Under the pieces are notes generated by a model. It was not told where the DNA came from. It made no database searches and was given only the letters and a program-made list of their open reading frames with translations. Positions 38,129 to 48,568 of a DNA stretch of 64,000 nucleotides are shown here, in pieces. The number at the start of each line of letters is the position of its first letter. The first letter of the stretch is position 1. The translations under genes were made by a program, and so were the position numbers. The DNA comes from Candidatus Omnitrophota bacterium (lineage in GTDB: Bacteria > Omnitrophota > Gorgyraeia > Tantalellales > Tantalellaceae): NCBI GenBank assembly GCA_043823005.1, contig JBDRBG010000116.1:3989-67988 (forward strand), given 5' to 3'.

Positions 38129-38719
38129 ATGATAGATATTAAAAATATAACTGTTGAACAGATTAAAGAGTTTTTAAAAGACGAGCAATACCGGAAATAT
38201 ATCATTTCCGGCGGAGTTGTACTTTTTTCCGTGGCTTATTTGGTCTTGCTGGTTGTTCCAAGGTTTTTAAATCTCGGAGACCTGGCTTCTCAAATAAAGG
38301 ATACACGCAATAAGGTTGAAATGCTTGAAACCAGAATAAACCGCAGCGATAAGATGAAGATAAAATTAGCTGAACTTGAGAAAGAACTTACAGATTCTTC
38401 CGAAGGATTATCCGAAGACACCGAGATTCCCGTATTTTTGGAGGAATTATCTTCTGTTGCCGAAATTGCCGGGGTAACAATTTTAAGTATTACGCCTCAG
38501 GAATCCAGAGCTGTTGATAAAAATAACGATATTTTTTACAGTGAAAGCTCGATAATTATAACGGCCAAAAGCGGATATCATCAGCTTCGGCATTTTGTAA
38601 GTAACATAGAAATAGCAAAAAGGTTTATTTCTATCGGAGATCTAAAGATACAATACAATGATAGAACTCCCAGAAAGCATGACATAAAAATGGTATTAAA
38701 AACTTATGTTTCAGAATAA
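38129..38719 (+). CDS. pilO: PilO-like protein
   Basis: TM, coiled coil, EIPVFLEEL, GYHQLRHFVSNIE. Confidence 0.85.
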   Translation: MIDIKNITVEQIKEFLKDEQYRKYIISGGVVLFSVAYLVLLVVPRFLNLGDLASQIKDTRNKVEMLETRINRSDKMKIKLAELEKELTDSSEGLSEDTEIPVFLEELSSVAEIAGVTILSITPQESRAVDKNNDIFYSESSIIITAKSGYHQLRHFVSNIEIAKRFISIGDLKIQYNDRTPRKHDIKMVLKTYVSE

Positions 38720-39101
38720 GGCAAATAAAAAGAAAAGAGACTGTTGTTTGTTTCCGCAGACAGCTGTAATATTAATTTTGTTGTTATTGTCAGCAAAGTT
38801 AGTCTGCGCGGAGGGAGATCAGCCTGTAGAGAAGAGAGATCCTTTTGTTCCGCTTGTTGGTGTAGCTCCGGAAAAAAGTCATGAAGAAACAGTAAGTGGT
38901 GAGGGAATTTTTATTTTGCCCGAAGAGATGAAGCTGCAGGGAATTGTGACCGGCGTTAACGGAGAATTCAACGCTTTTATCAACGGAGAGATAGTTAAAA
39001 AAGGCGATAAATTGGGAAATATTCTGATTGAGGATATTGCTAAAAATACAGTTGTTGTGAATGTTAATGATAAAAGGTATATTTTAAAATTGTATGAATG
39101 A
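38706..39101 (+). CDS. pilP: PilP-like protein
   Basis: Signal peptide, KRDPFVPL, LQGIV, AFING; between pilO and secretin. Confidence 0.7.
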   Translation: MFQNKANKKKRDCCLFPQTAVILILLLLSAKLVCAEGDQPVEKRDPFVPLVGVAPEKSHEETVSGEGIFILPEEMKLQGIVTGVNGEFNAFINGEIVKKGDKLGNILIEDIAKNTVVVNVNDKRYILKLYE

Positions 39102-40863
39102 AAACAAGGAGATTATAAGAATGAGAAATACTAGTAAAATACGGAAGCTGTTTATACTCGTTCTAATTATGGCATTTTTAAATTTATCTCTCAGCGTGTC
39201 AGCGTTTTGTCAGGTTGGAGGAGCTGTTTCTTCGCCTGAGATAAGCTCTTCAATAGTTACAGACCCTGTGGACGAGACTGTCGAGGAGATTATTCCTTCA
39301 AAATCCGGCAATGTCACTATAAATTTCAAAGATGTTGATATTCAGACAGTACTTCATTATTTGTCGGAAGTCAGCGGGGTAGATATTGTTCCTACTTATG
39401 ATGTAGTAGGTAATGTAACTGTTCGGTTGAGGGATAAACCCTGGGAAGTGGCTTTAGATGTTATTACAAGAAACTCGGATTATGCTTATACAAGAGAAGA
39501 TACTATTATCAGGGTAATGCCAAAGGCTAAGCTTAATACAGAAGAGCCTGTAACAGCGGTTATTCCTTTAAATTATATTATCCAGGATACAGAGGAGTCC
39601 AACCAGAACGTGGCAAAACTTCTGGAAGCAATTACTTCGGTGCTAAAAGTTGATGCAGGCGAAAGCGTGACTTATCTGCCGAGCGCTAACTCGATAGTCG
39701 TAGCCGCGGTACCGGCAAGGCTTAACGCGATAAAGGACATGGTGAAAAGGATAGATGTTAAAATACCTCAGGTCATGCTTGAGGCTAAAATAATAGAGGT
39801 GCGGTTAGATAAGAACGATCAGTTTGGGATTGACTGGAACGCGGTAGTAAGTATCTCCGGATCAAAGCGTCCGACAACACTGCCTTTTGAGCGGACGGGC
39901 GCGTTCGGGTTTTTACCCGGAGAACAGAGAAAGTATCTTCCGTATAGCACAAATATCGCCGGAACTACTATTTCGGAAGAATCGGATTTTCCTTATGTTG
40001 ATTTTACCGCGGCAGTTGATCCGACGGCCGTAGCTACCACAGGCTCGGTTTTTAGTTACGGAACCCTGGATTTTAGCGCTTTTTCAGCGGTACTCAGATT
40101 TATTGATGAATGGGATGATACTAATATTTTGTCAAGCCCGCGAATAACAACATTAAACAATCAGCCCGCGGTTATCAAGGTGATAACGAATGTTTTTCTT
40201 CAAAAACAGCAGACAGCAACTGATACAGCTTCTGTTGTTACCGTTGAATTTGAAGATGAACCCAGAGAAGTAGGAGTTATTTTAGAAGTAACGCCTCATG
40301 TTAATGATAACGGCGAGATAACCGTTAATCTAAAACCGCAGGTTTCCACCAATCTTACTTTTTCGGAACTGGAAGTAAGCGGCGCTACGAATACAGTGGC
40401 AATGACATACAATTCAAGAGAAGCCGAGACGCAGGTAATGGTAAGAGACGGTGAAACCGTTTTTATCGGAGGGCTTATAACGGAGACAAACACAAAAGAA
40501 GATCATAAGTTTCCTATTCTCGGAGATATGACCAAAGGTTTGCCGTTTTTGGGCCCTTTGTTTAATTATGAGCAGGATAATGTCGATAAGACTGAAGTGG
40601 TGTTTTTTATTACGGTTCATCTTTTGAAAGATGGACCGCATTCAGTCGATGTTTCAAATACAGAAGACGAATACGCGAAGTATTTTGAAGAGGAAATAAA
40701 CGAAGCTGAAATTGAAGCAGATAAAGCTGCAGTAAGATCCGAAGAACGAAATAAAACTAAAACAAAAGTTATTGTAAGTAAAGACCAGGCAAAAGAAGGG
40801 TATAAAGCTTTTCTTGATTTCAGGAAAAAACAGGGAGTTAAAAAGACGAAAGATAGAAGATGA
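39094..40863 (+). CDS. pilQ: Type IV pilus secretin PilQ
   Basis: INFKDVDI, PWEVALD, QVMLEAKIIEV, GIDW, LSSPRITTLNN, DGETVFIGGL; start may be 39121. Confidence 0.88.
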   Translation: MNENKEIIRMRNTSKIRKLFILVLIMAFLNLSLSVSAFCQVGGAVSSPEISSSIVTDPVDETVEEIIPSKSGNVTINFKDVDIQTVLHYLSEVSGVDIVPTYDVVGNVTVRLRDKPWEVALDVITRNSDYAYTREDTIIRVMPKAKLNTEEPVTAVIPLNYIIQDTEESNQNVAKLLEAITSVLKVDAGESVTYLPSANSIVVAAVPARLNAIKDMVKRIDVKIPQVMLEAKIIEVRLDKNDQFGIDWNAVVSISGSKRPTTLPFERTGAFGFLPGEQRKYLPYSTNIAGTTISEESDFPYVDFTAAVDPTAVATTGSVFSYGTLDFSAFSAVLRFIDEWDDTNILSSPRITTLNNQPAVIKVITNVFLQKQQTATDTASVVTVEFEDEPREVGVILEVTPHVNDNGEITVNLKPQVSTNLTFSELEVSGATNTVAMTYNSREAETQVMVRDGETVFIGGLITETNTKEDHKFPILGDMTKGLPFLGPLFNYEQDNVDKTEVVFFITVHLLKDGPHSVDVSNTEDEYAKYFEEEINEAEIEADKAAVRSEERNKTKTKVIVSKDQAKEGYKAFLDFRKKQGVKKTKDRR

Positions 40864-40920
40864 ATTGATGAGAAGAAAAAAATAAACCACAGAGATACGG
40901 AGAGAAAAAAGGAAAAGAGT

Positions 40921-40989
40921 AAAAAGAGATTGACATTTTTTGTGAATAACGAAAAATGATCCTGGAAATGCGACGAATAGGAGCATTGG
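40921..40989 (-). repeat. 69-bp inverted repeat, right copy
   Basis: Reverse complement of 24236-24304; contains TTGACA at 40930. Confidence 0.9.
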
Positions 40990-41137
40990 GATGGTCATGC
41001 TTCTCGCATGGCTCGAAGCTCGCAAAGACAAACTTTCGTCATTGCGAGGAGCGTAAGCGGCGCGGCAATCTCGAAAAAAATGTATATAGACCTGTTGTAC
41101 ACGATGTACGACATTTTATACACGATATACGATAAAT

Positions 41138-41437
41138 ATGATAAGATACAACGCAATGTTTGAAAAAAAAGGTGATATAAGATATATTTCGCATCTTGAT
41201 CTAATGACAGTGTTACGCAGGGCTATTCGAAGATCCGGGCTTCCATTTGTGACTACAGCGGGGTTTACTCCCAGAGTTAAGATAAGTATTCCAATGGCAT
41301 TAAAACTAGGCAAAGAAAGTGTTGATGAACAGATGTCTTTTTGGCTGATGGAAAAGGTAGAGTTGGATAAGGCTGTTAAGGCAATAAATAATAATTTGCC
41401 TAAAGGAGTTAAAATATTAAAAGTGAATGGGAGTTAG
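41138..41437 (+). CDS. TIGR03936/DUF2344-like radical SAM-linked protein (short form)
   Basis: KKGDIRYISHLDL, RRAIRRSGLP, GFTPR, ALKLG, LPKG. Confidence 0.8.
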   Translation: MIRYNAMFEKKGDIRYISHLDLMTVLRRAIRRSGLPFVTTAGFTPRVKISIPMALKLGKESVDEQMSFWLMEKVELDKAVKAINNNLPKGVKILKVNGS

Positions 41438-41451
41438 TGAATAGTGTCATT

Positions 41452-41712
41452 TGTTCCGTCCTGAAAAAGGTAGGATGAGAGTTGCAAGGTATTTTGCTGG
41501 AAGGGCAAGCATTCCGTGCTCAAACAATTTGCCCTCACTTGGTTCGGGCAAAAACTGCGCTCAGAACGCTCGCCCTTCCAGCAAAATAGCGGTTGGTGAA
41601 TAGGAAAAGGGGAAAATATCCCATCTGTCTTTGCGAGGAGGAACGAAGTGACGACGCGGCAATCTCGGATAAAAAAAGATAAAAAAAGTGACAACTGTTT
41701 TAGGACGATACA
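41452..41712. mobile_element. MITE-like element, TGT...ACA type, carrying structured palindrome plus REP
   Basis: TGTTCCGTCCTGAAAAAG ... TTTTAGGACGATACA; interior near-identical to 59768-60029. Confidence 0.7.
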
Positions 41713-41820
41713 AGCGGCAGAGTTGTTAGTAGGGGCGAAAAATTTTTCGCCCTGATAAAAATAAAAGATGTAAGGGCAGACCGTATGTCCGCCCGAAAAA
41801 GTATAAACTAAAGGAATGTA

Positions 41821-43365
41821 ATGGAACGTAAAAACATAAAGCGAGAGAAACAGGAAAAACAGGGAAAAGAAATATTGATGAATATAGGCCCTGTTGAGAA
41901 TAGGGTTGCTGTTTTGGATAACGGTGAATTAGCTGATTTTTTTATGGAACGGGAAAGCGGCGAACATTATGCCGGTACAATTTATAAAGGGCGTGTTGAT
42001 TCTATTGTTCCCGGAATAGAGGCCGCGTTTGTTAATATCGGGATGGAGAAAAATGGTTTTTTGCATGTGAGTGATGTTCTCGATAAAGGGGCAGTACTTA
42101 AGGCTATGCTTGGTGAAGACGCGGCGTCTTTTAAACCGGCAAAAAAAGAAAAAGTTCCTCAGATAAAGGATATTTTGCGGGTTGGCCAGGAAATTATGGT
42201 TCAGGTTGTAAAAGAAGCCATAGGCACTAAAGGGCCAAGGATTACCACTTACATAAGCATACCGGGGAGATTTTTAGTGCTTACTCCATATGATAAAGGG
42301 ATAGGAATATCACGGCGCATAAATGACAGGGTAGAAAGAAAAAGGATACGCGAGATTATTGATGGTATGGGGCTTTTAGGAAAGGTCGGATGTATAGTAC
42401 GTACTGTGGCTCAAAACAGTTCAGAAGAGGAGTTTCGGCGGGAACTTAAATATCTGATGAAGCTCTGGGAAAGGATAAAAGAACGGAGTGAAAAGGAAAA
42501 AGCTCCGGTTGCTGTATATGAAGAATACGGCCTTATTTTACGTTTAATCAGAGATGTGTTTAGCGAAGATATGGCGCGGCTTATTGTTGATTCTAAAGAT
42601 GAATATAACCGCATATCAAAATTTTTAAAATCATTTATGCCGTCTTTAATATCAAAAATAAAGCTGTATAACGGGCATATGTCTTTATTTCAAAAATATA
42701 ATCTGGAAAAAAAGATAGAAGAAATATTTGAAAGAAAGGTTATGTTGAAAAGCGGAGGATATCTTGTGATCGAGCCTACAGAAGGCGTTGTTGTAATAGA
42801 TATTAATACAGGGAGTTTTGTCGGGAAAAGAAGCCTTGAGGAGACGGCTTTTAAGACAAATATGGAGGCGGCCGAAGAGATACCGCGTCAACTGATTTTA
42901 AGAGATATGGGAGGTATTATTATAATAGATTTTATCGATATGGAGGTCAGGGATCATAGGGATAAAATATATAATCGGCTTCAGCAAAGACTTAAAGGTG
43001 ATAAAGCGCGTATAAGCCTGCGCGCGATGTCGCAATTCGGGGTGGTAGAGATGACACGTCAAAGAATGCGCAAAAGCCTTGAAGGCGCTTCATATGGAGA
43101 CTGTCCGTATTGCGGTGGAAAGGGTAAAATAAAAAATGTTGAGACAATAGCGATTGAAACCGCGCGCAGGATAGACCGGATGCTTTCGAATAGGGATAAG
43201 AAACGGCGGCAGATAAATATATCCGCGCATCCTAAGGTTTTAGAAACGCTTGTTTCTGATCAGGCGCGTATCTTGAGCGGTATTCAGCGGAAATATAGAT
43301 GTAAGATAGATCTTAAAGAAGATAAATCGCTTCATATCGAGGATGTTATTATTGACGATATTTAG
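41821..43365 (+). CDS. rng: Ribonuclease E/G family protein
   Basis: IYKGRV, AAFVNIG, KGPRIT, IDINTG, GGIIIIDFIDM, EMTRQR, CPYCGG. Confidence 0.93.
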   Translation: MERKNIKREKQEKQGKEILMNIGPVENRVAVLDNGELADFFMERESGEHYAGTIYKGRVDSIVPGIEAAFVNIGMEKNGFLHVSDVLDKGAVLKAMLGEDAASFKPAKKEKVPQIKDILRVGQEIMVQVVKEAIGTKGPRITTYISIPGRFLVLTPYDKGIGISRRINDRVERKRIREIIDGMGLLGKVGCIVRTVAQNSSEEEFRRELKYLMKLWERIKERSEKEKAPVAVYEEYGLILRLIRDVFSEDMARLIVDSKDEYNRISKFLKSFMPSLISKIKLYNGHMSLFQKYNLEKKIEEIFERKVMLKSGGYLVIEPTEGVVVIDINTGSFVGKRSLEETAFKTNMEAAEEIPRQLILRDMGGIIIIDFIDMEVRDHRDKIYNRLQQRLKGDKARISLRAMSQFGVVEMTRQRMRKSLEGASYGDCPYCGGKGKIKNVETIAIETARRIDRMLSNRDKKRRQINISAHPKVLETLVSDQARILSGIQRKYRCKIDLKEDKSLHIEDVIIDDI

Positions 43366-43373
43366 GAGGAGGT

Positions 43374-43853
43374 ATGAAAATTATTTTCAACAATAAAGGT
43401 ATAAGTTTTATCGAAGTCATGGTTTCTGCCGTCCTGGTAGCGTTAGGAACAACAGCTTTAATATCCGCGGTTATGCAGAGCTCTGTTTTTTCGAAAAACG
43501 TGGATACAGCTTATACGTCATCCTATATAGCGGAAAGGCGATTAGAAGTGCTTAGAAGTATTGATTTTGATCTTTTATCAGAAACCGCTGAAACAGAAGC
43601 GCGCGTAGCCGCTGACGGTACAATTGATTCAGCGGGTGAATATTTTAGAACAACGGGTATAGAAACAGGGTATGACAGTAATGTACATCTTGTTAGAGCA
43701 AAGATAACAGTAAAAAGGGTCAAAACAGGTATGGATGGCAGCCTTCTTAAAGGGGCTGGCGGCCAGCTAGAGCTTGCCGCTCAGCCGGTAATAATGGAAA
43801 CATTATTTTCAGATGTTGATCACAATGCGGGATCAGGAATAGTTGAAGAATAG
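43374..43853 (+). CDS. PilV-like minor pilin, cassette A
   Basis: KG|ISFIEVMV class III signal peptide; paralog of 47993. Confidence 0.75.
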   Translation: MKIIFNNKGISFIEVMVSAVLVALGTTALISAVMQSSVFSKNVDTAYTSSYIAERRLEVLRSIDFDLLSETAETEARVAADGTIDSAGEYFRTTGIETGYDSNVHLVRAKITVKRVKTGMDGSLLKGAGGQLELAAQPVIMETLFSDVDHNAGSGIVEE

Positions 43854-43956
43854 GCTTCGCAATGTCTTTGCGCGTACACGCAACTGACTAGTACCCTGAC
43901 AACGTTAAAATGAAGAATAATTTTGTCAGTTATCTTACTCTGTCATTCTCGCGAAC

Positions 43957-44115
43957 AGACTGTATTATAACGTCTTTGAGAGCCCATGAAATGGGCGAAG
44001 CAATCTCAAATAGCAATAAAAATATAAACTTTATGGGTAATCCCTATTATTATCGAGATTGCCGCGGTCGCTCTTGCTCCCTCGCAAAGACGAAATTTGA
44101 ATTAAGATACAGCCT
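43957..44115. mobile_element. REP-doublet element copy
   Basis: Near-identical to 26054-26214. Confidence 0.75.
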
Positions 44116-44214
44116 AGAAAACGGGAATCTATAGAATGGTACTTTTCATTTTTAGATTGTCGAGGTGCTAGTGTCATGGCAGCAGTAAACAAAGAAAACG
44201 AATCAGGGGTAGTA

Positions 44215-46401
44215 ATGAATAAAAAAAAGATATTCGCGAACATTAAAGGCTTCAGCCTTATGGAAGTAATGTTTGTGGCTGTTGTTTCTTTAATGGTAAT
44301 AGGCGCTATAGTTTCTGTGTGGACATATACATATAAAACATGGACCGGGGAGAATGTTCATACGCAATTAAGGGTTCAGATAATGGAAGCTTTAGAAACC
44401 ATAAAACGGGATATGCGTCTTTCCAGCGCTACTTATATGTCATTTTATCCTGAAAATAGTGATGTATATACCGCGGCAAGTCTTCCTGTAGCTGAAACTG
44501 ACGCGAATGGACTGCTTACTCTTGATAGTAATGGGAAAATAAGCTGGGCTAAGACTGTTATATATCATCTTTATTCCGAAAGCGACGGTACTCAAACTTT
44601 GCGCAGGACTGTTTATGATCCGCGGGACAATACAATGACAGAGGATGAACGGTATTCGCAGTTAGGAAGTGTTGTAACCGGAGGTACAGGCGGGAGTTCT
44701 TCGACTACGGATACGGAGTTTTTGAAAAACGTGGATGTTTTTGAAATATCCTCATCAGCCGCTATGATAGATTTTTATGATGATTCTAGTACTCCTGTTC
44801 GTGTGGGGAAGGTTATTTTAGGATGGGTTCAGCTTGATTCAGGAAACCATACTGTACGGATGGAAGTAACCGGTAAAAATGACAATTCTACCGGATATGA
44901 TTTTGGAATAGACAGTCTGATCTTAGACCCGGGCGCGAGTGTCCGCGAGTTTGAATATTATGATTCTTCGTATGCTCCGGGCGGTATGTTGTCGCTTAGC
45001 GGCGGATCAGTAAGTTTGCAAAACAGTTCAGTCTGGGGAAATAATAATTATCTCGAATTCATCGCCGGAGGTGAAGGGTCATACATGCAAGTAACTGATG
45101 CTTATGACCTTTGGAGAGAGTCATCTTTTGAGAGTGTTGCTCTTGATAATACAGGAACAACAGGCGATGAAATGCGTATTGAACTGGATATTCCGGAAGA
45201 AGACGAAGAAGGTTTGATTTCTTGGTTTGTTCATGCCGAGGCCAATGATCTTGAAGCAGCAGGCAGAGACGGTGCTTTTCCGGCTGTTGAGCCTTTGACC
45301 ATACGCACTATTGTTACTGCTGATAATGTTGGAAAGGAAGGTGCTTTGGTACAAGTTAAATTTTCATCTTCCGTAAATAATGATCTGGTAATAGCTAATG
45401 CTTATATAACAAAACGGGACGGGATAACCGGGTCCAACGGTTTGGCAAACCAGGCTCCGGGGAGTTTAACTGTTGAGGAATATCATCGGCATCAACAGCT
45501 TTTTTTTAAAGCCGCTGATGGTACTATTAATTCCGGGATTACAATAAGCGCTGATTCTTTTGTTTGGAGCGAATGGACGGCTTTTCCTTTAAGAACAGAC
45601 AGTGATTATTTTATAACTTTTCATGTCTCGGATATTTCCACTGTTGACTGCAGATATTGGGAAGATTCTGTCGGGACTGTGCACACATATTATGTGACAG
45701 GAAGTACTTCTGATCTGGCAGGCACTCCTGATTGGACAGCAGAAACCGTAAATCCTTCGGCTAATATTTTTGTTACATCAGCGATATCAGTCGCAGATAC
45801 CGAAGGTACTGTTGAATCCCAGGCATTTGATACGACTCTTTCCGCTCCTAATTATAATAAGATCAAATGGTCGGAAAACAAACCTCTAGGTACAACTATT
45901 TTTTTTAAGACAAGATCATCAGCGGATCAATACATGACAGGAGCTACGGATTGGGATCTTATTGCCGGTTCAAGTTCTAATCCGCATTCGTTAGCTATGG
46001 GCAGCGGACGATATGTTCAATTCTTAGCGGAACTTTCTACTGAGCTTTTTTGGAAAAGCGCGGCCAGTCAGTTAAGTTATGCTGATTATATAGAAGCACA
46101 GGTTGATTTTCCTTCGGACGATCAATTTCCCAGAGACAGTACGGGCGACTTTTTAGTAACTGATTATAATGTTCCATGGATAGACGATGTAGAGATCGAT
46201 TGGCCCGGATTAAACAGGATGGCCGCTATTGAGGCTTATATTGCTAAAAAAGACAGTTATGGACAGGCAAAAGTTACTGTTGACGGGAAAGACCTTGTTA
46301 AAACCCTTAGTGTTCATATAAACGTATCAGATGAAGTAAGCGGCAGGACATTGGAAGAAGATCATTGTTTGGAAATAGAACCAAGGAATACAGGAAAATG
46401 A
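44215..46401 (+). CDS. Giant PilW/PulJ-like minor pilin, cassette A
   Basis: KG|FSLMEVMF, ALETIKRDMR helix, beta-rich acidic body, C-terminal EIEPRN; start may be 44176. Confidence 0.75.
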   Translation: MNKKKIFANIKGFSLMEVMFVAVVSLMVIGAIVSVWTYTYKTWTGENVHTQLRVQIMEALETIKRDMRLSSATYMSFYPENSDVYTAASLPVAETDANGLLTLDSNGKISWAKTVIYHLYSESDGTQTLRRTVYDPRDNTMTEDERYSQLGSVVTGGTGGSSSTTDTEFLKNVDVFEISSSAAMIDFYDDSSTPVRVGKVILGWVQLDSGNHTVRMEVTGKNDNSTGYDFGIDSLILDPGASVREFEYYDSSYAPGGMLSLSGGSVSLQNSSVWGNNNYLEFIAGGEGSYMQVTDAYDLWRESSFESVALDNTGTTGDEMRIELDIPEEDEEGLISWFVHAEANDLEAAGRDGAFPAVEPLTIRTIVTADNVGKEGALVQVKFSSSVNNDLVIANAYITKRDGITGSNGLANQAPGSLTVEEYHRHQQLFFKAADGTINSGITISADSFVWSEWTAFPLRTDSDYFITFHVSDISTVDCRYWEDSVGTVHTYYVTGSTSDLAGTPDWTAETVNPSANIFVTSAISVADTEGTVESQAFDTTLSAPNYNKIKWSENKPLGTTIFFKTRSSADQYMTGATDWDLIAGSSSNPHSLAMGSGRYVQFLAELSTELFWKSAASQLSYADYIEAQVDFPSDDQFPRDSTGDFLVTDYNVPWIDDVEIDWPGLNRMAAIEAYIAKKDSYGQAKVTVDGKDLVKTLSVHINVSDEVSGRTLEEDHCLEIEPRNTGK

Positions 46402-47594
46402 AGAAAACATTTTTAAAAAATTATGACGGATTATCCGGATCCGGGATAAAGGGAAAAGAAAAGGGTGTAGTTCTGGTAATAGTCATGTTTTTTATGTCGC
46501 TTATGGTATTGAGCGCGGTCTCGCTTTCAAATATGATTCAGCAGGATATAAGGCTTGTAGAACATGTAAGAGAAAGAACACAGGCCAAGTTTATAGCGGA
46601 AGCCGGGATTAATCACGCGTTAGCTAAGATACAAGCCGATGGTTTTGATTCGCGTCAGAATTTTAACGGAGCATTGGATATCGGAAGCTATACAGTTACG
46701 CATAGTACTTTTTCTGTCAGCGGGCTGGCCAGGCATCGTATTACTTCGGTTGGTACAATCTCCGGTGTTTCTGAGACAGCAATCGTTGAGGTTAAGGATT
46801 CTGTTCCTACGGCTTTATATTGTTTTTCAGGCGCCGGCAATGATATCAACATTAAAGTTCACACACATATAGAAAATGCTGTTATTAACGGGAACATGCA
46901 TGCTAATAATAATTTATCTCTTACGGCGAATAAGATGCATTCGAAATTGACTGTTACCGGAGATGTTTCAGCAACAGGTATAGTCGTGGAAGGAACACTA
47001 CATAACCAGTCAGATAAGCAGGATAATAATGTGTATATAAACGGTTTTGCTAATGATCAGGCGGTTGTTACTGAAGGCAGTGCGAATATAACTTTCCCCG
47101 TATTTGATTATACCGCTTATAAACAGGCGGCTCAGGATGACGGATTGTATTACAGTACTGATAAAACATTTTCAGGTACGCCTTTAAGCCCGGATAACGG
47201 TATTGTATATGTGGATGGAGATGTTATTATAACAGGTGAGGTTACACTTTATGGCGGACTTATCGCTGAGACAATAACAATAGCGCCAAACAGCACTCTT
47301 TATCAAAAAAAGACTGCTGATGCGGATAATCGAAATGTTATTATTGCCAAAAATGGAGATATCTCAATCGCGGGATATCTTGATGCTGAAGAGGCTCTGA
47401 TATACGCGTCTCAGGATATTTTATCATCTGCCGGGGGTAGCTTGGAACCTCATGTTATTGTCAATGGAACAATGCTTGCGGCAAGGGACATTACTATGTG
47501 GAACACAAAAACTCATATTATCTACAATCATGTTCAAATGAGTCCCGAAGATATGGAAGCCGGAGGGTTTGAAGTGGTAAGCTGGAATAAGTAA
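46398..47594 (+). CDS. PilX-like minor pilin, cassette A
   Basis: KG|VVLVIV (no Glu5), QAKFIAEAGINHA, beta-helix-like GIVYVDGDV repeats; ATGA overlap. Confidence 0.75.
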   Translation: MKKTFLKNYDGLSGSGIKGKEKGVVLVIVMFFMSLMVLSAVSLSNMIQQDIRLVEHVRERTQAKFIAEAGINHALAKIQADGFDSRQNFNGALDIGSYTVTHSTFSVSGLARHRITSVGTISGVSETAIVEVKDSVPTALYCFSGAGNDINIKVHTHIENAVINGNMHANNNLSLTANKMHSKLTVTGDVSATGIVVEGTLHNQSDKQDNNVYINGFANDQAVVTEGSANITFPVFDYTAYKQAAQDDGLYYSTDKTFSGTPLSPDNGIVYVDGDVIITGEVTLYGGLIAETITIAPNSTLYQKKTADADNRNVIIAKNGDISIAGYLDAEEALIYASQDILSSAGGSLEPHVIVNGTMLAARDITMWNTKTHIIYNHVQMSPEDMEAGGFEVVSWNK

Positions 47595-47992
47595 TGGGAC
47601 ATTATTAAGAGTGTACATGTCATAATAAGAGGAGCGCTTAGTCTCAGAGAGACAAAAAGCATTATTTAATTTCTAAATTTTTTCAAATTATGTTAAATCA
47701 TATTTTCAAAAAAGTCAGATCTAATATTTGGCAAATCTGCTAGTTTTTCAAATTTTTCTGTCAGTGCAAAAAAATTCATTTCAATCGCAAATCTTTTCAT
47801 TTAAAGACTTTATATTGCAAGAAAAAAAAGAGGGAATTAGCGCGCCTTGTTAGCTGAAAAAAAATTCAGTTTTTTTTAAACTAAGAATCTTTTAGAATTA
47901 TTAGTGTGATATACTTATTAATACGAAAACTTTTTAATGGACTAATGCTCGCAGTAGAGCGGGGTAACAGGAACAGCATAAGTGAGGACAAC

Positions 47993-48493
47993 ATGAAGAT
48001 CAAAGAAAAGAAAACAATAGTGCAGAGAATTGGCTGTAAATTATCAAAATTATGCGAAAATTCCAAAGGAATGTGTTTGATAGAAGCGATTGTTTCTACC
48101 GGACTGGTCGGGATAGTAACGATGTCCATGGTTGGCGCGGTTTCGCAGAGTACGGTATTTACTAAAAGTGTAGATGTTTTTTATCTTGGCACGCATATTG
48201 CTCAAAGGCGTGTGGAGGTTTTAAAACGTATGGATTTTGATCTTTTAGAGTCAAATGCCGAGACTGATATTCGTGTCAGTTCTGACGGAAATATTGATCC
48301 GAACGGAAAGTATTTTCGGACAACTGAAATAACAGCTAATTATGATAATAATACAGATCTAAAAAAGGTAAAAGTTACTGTAAAGAGAATTAGGCTGGAT
48401 ATGTGCGGAACCATTGCTAAAAAGGATACAGATGAATTGGATCTTGTTCATGATCCTATTGTTATGGAAACATTATTTGTTAATTTTGAATAG
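47993..48493 (+). CDS. PilV-like minor pilin, cassette B
   Basis: KG|MCLIEAIV; shares DFDLL, YFRTT, P..METLF with 43374; ATG follows GAGGA. Confidence 0.72.
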   Translation: MKIKEKKTIVQRIGCKLSKLCENSKGMCLIEAIVSTGLVGIVTMSMVGAVSQSTVFTKSVDVFYLGTHIAQRRVEVLKRMDFDLLESNAETDIRVSSDGNIDPNGKYFRTTEITANYDNNTDLKKVKVTVKRIRLDMCGTIAKKDTDELDLVHDPIVMETLFVNFE

Positions 48494-48568
48494 TTTTTCA
48501 ACAGTAGTTAGTTGGTTTTAGTTCGTAATTGGTGTGGACAAACAACGAATTTGAATTGGGAGCTTTTT

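Noticed and set aside
26232-40863. Type II secretion system rather than type IV pilus
   Set aside because: PilT and a PilMNOPQ set are present, and no GspC/L/M-type genes were recognised.
24226-40999. Target-site duplication around the 69-bp inverted repeats
   Set aside because: Flanks (GAAGCCCTA versus GATGGTCAT) do not match, so the block is not called a transposon.
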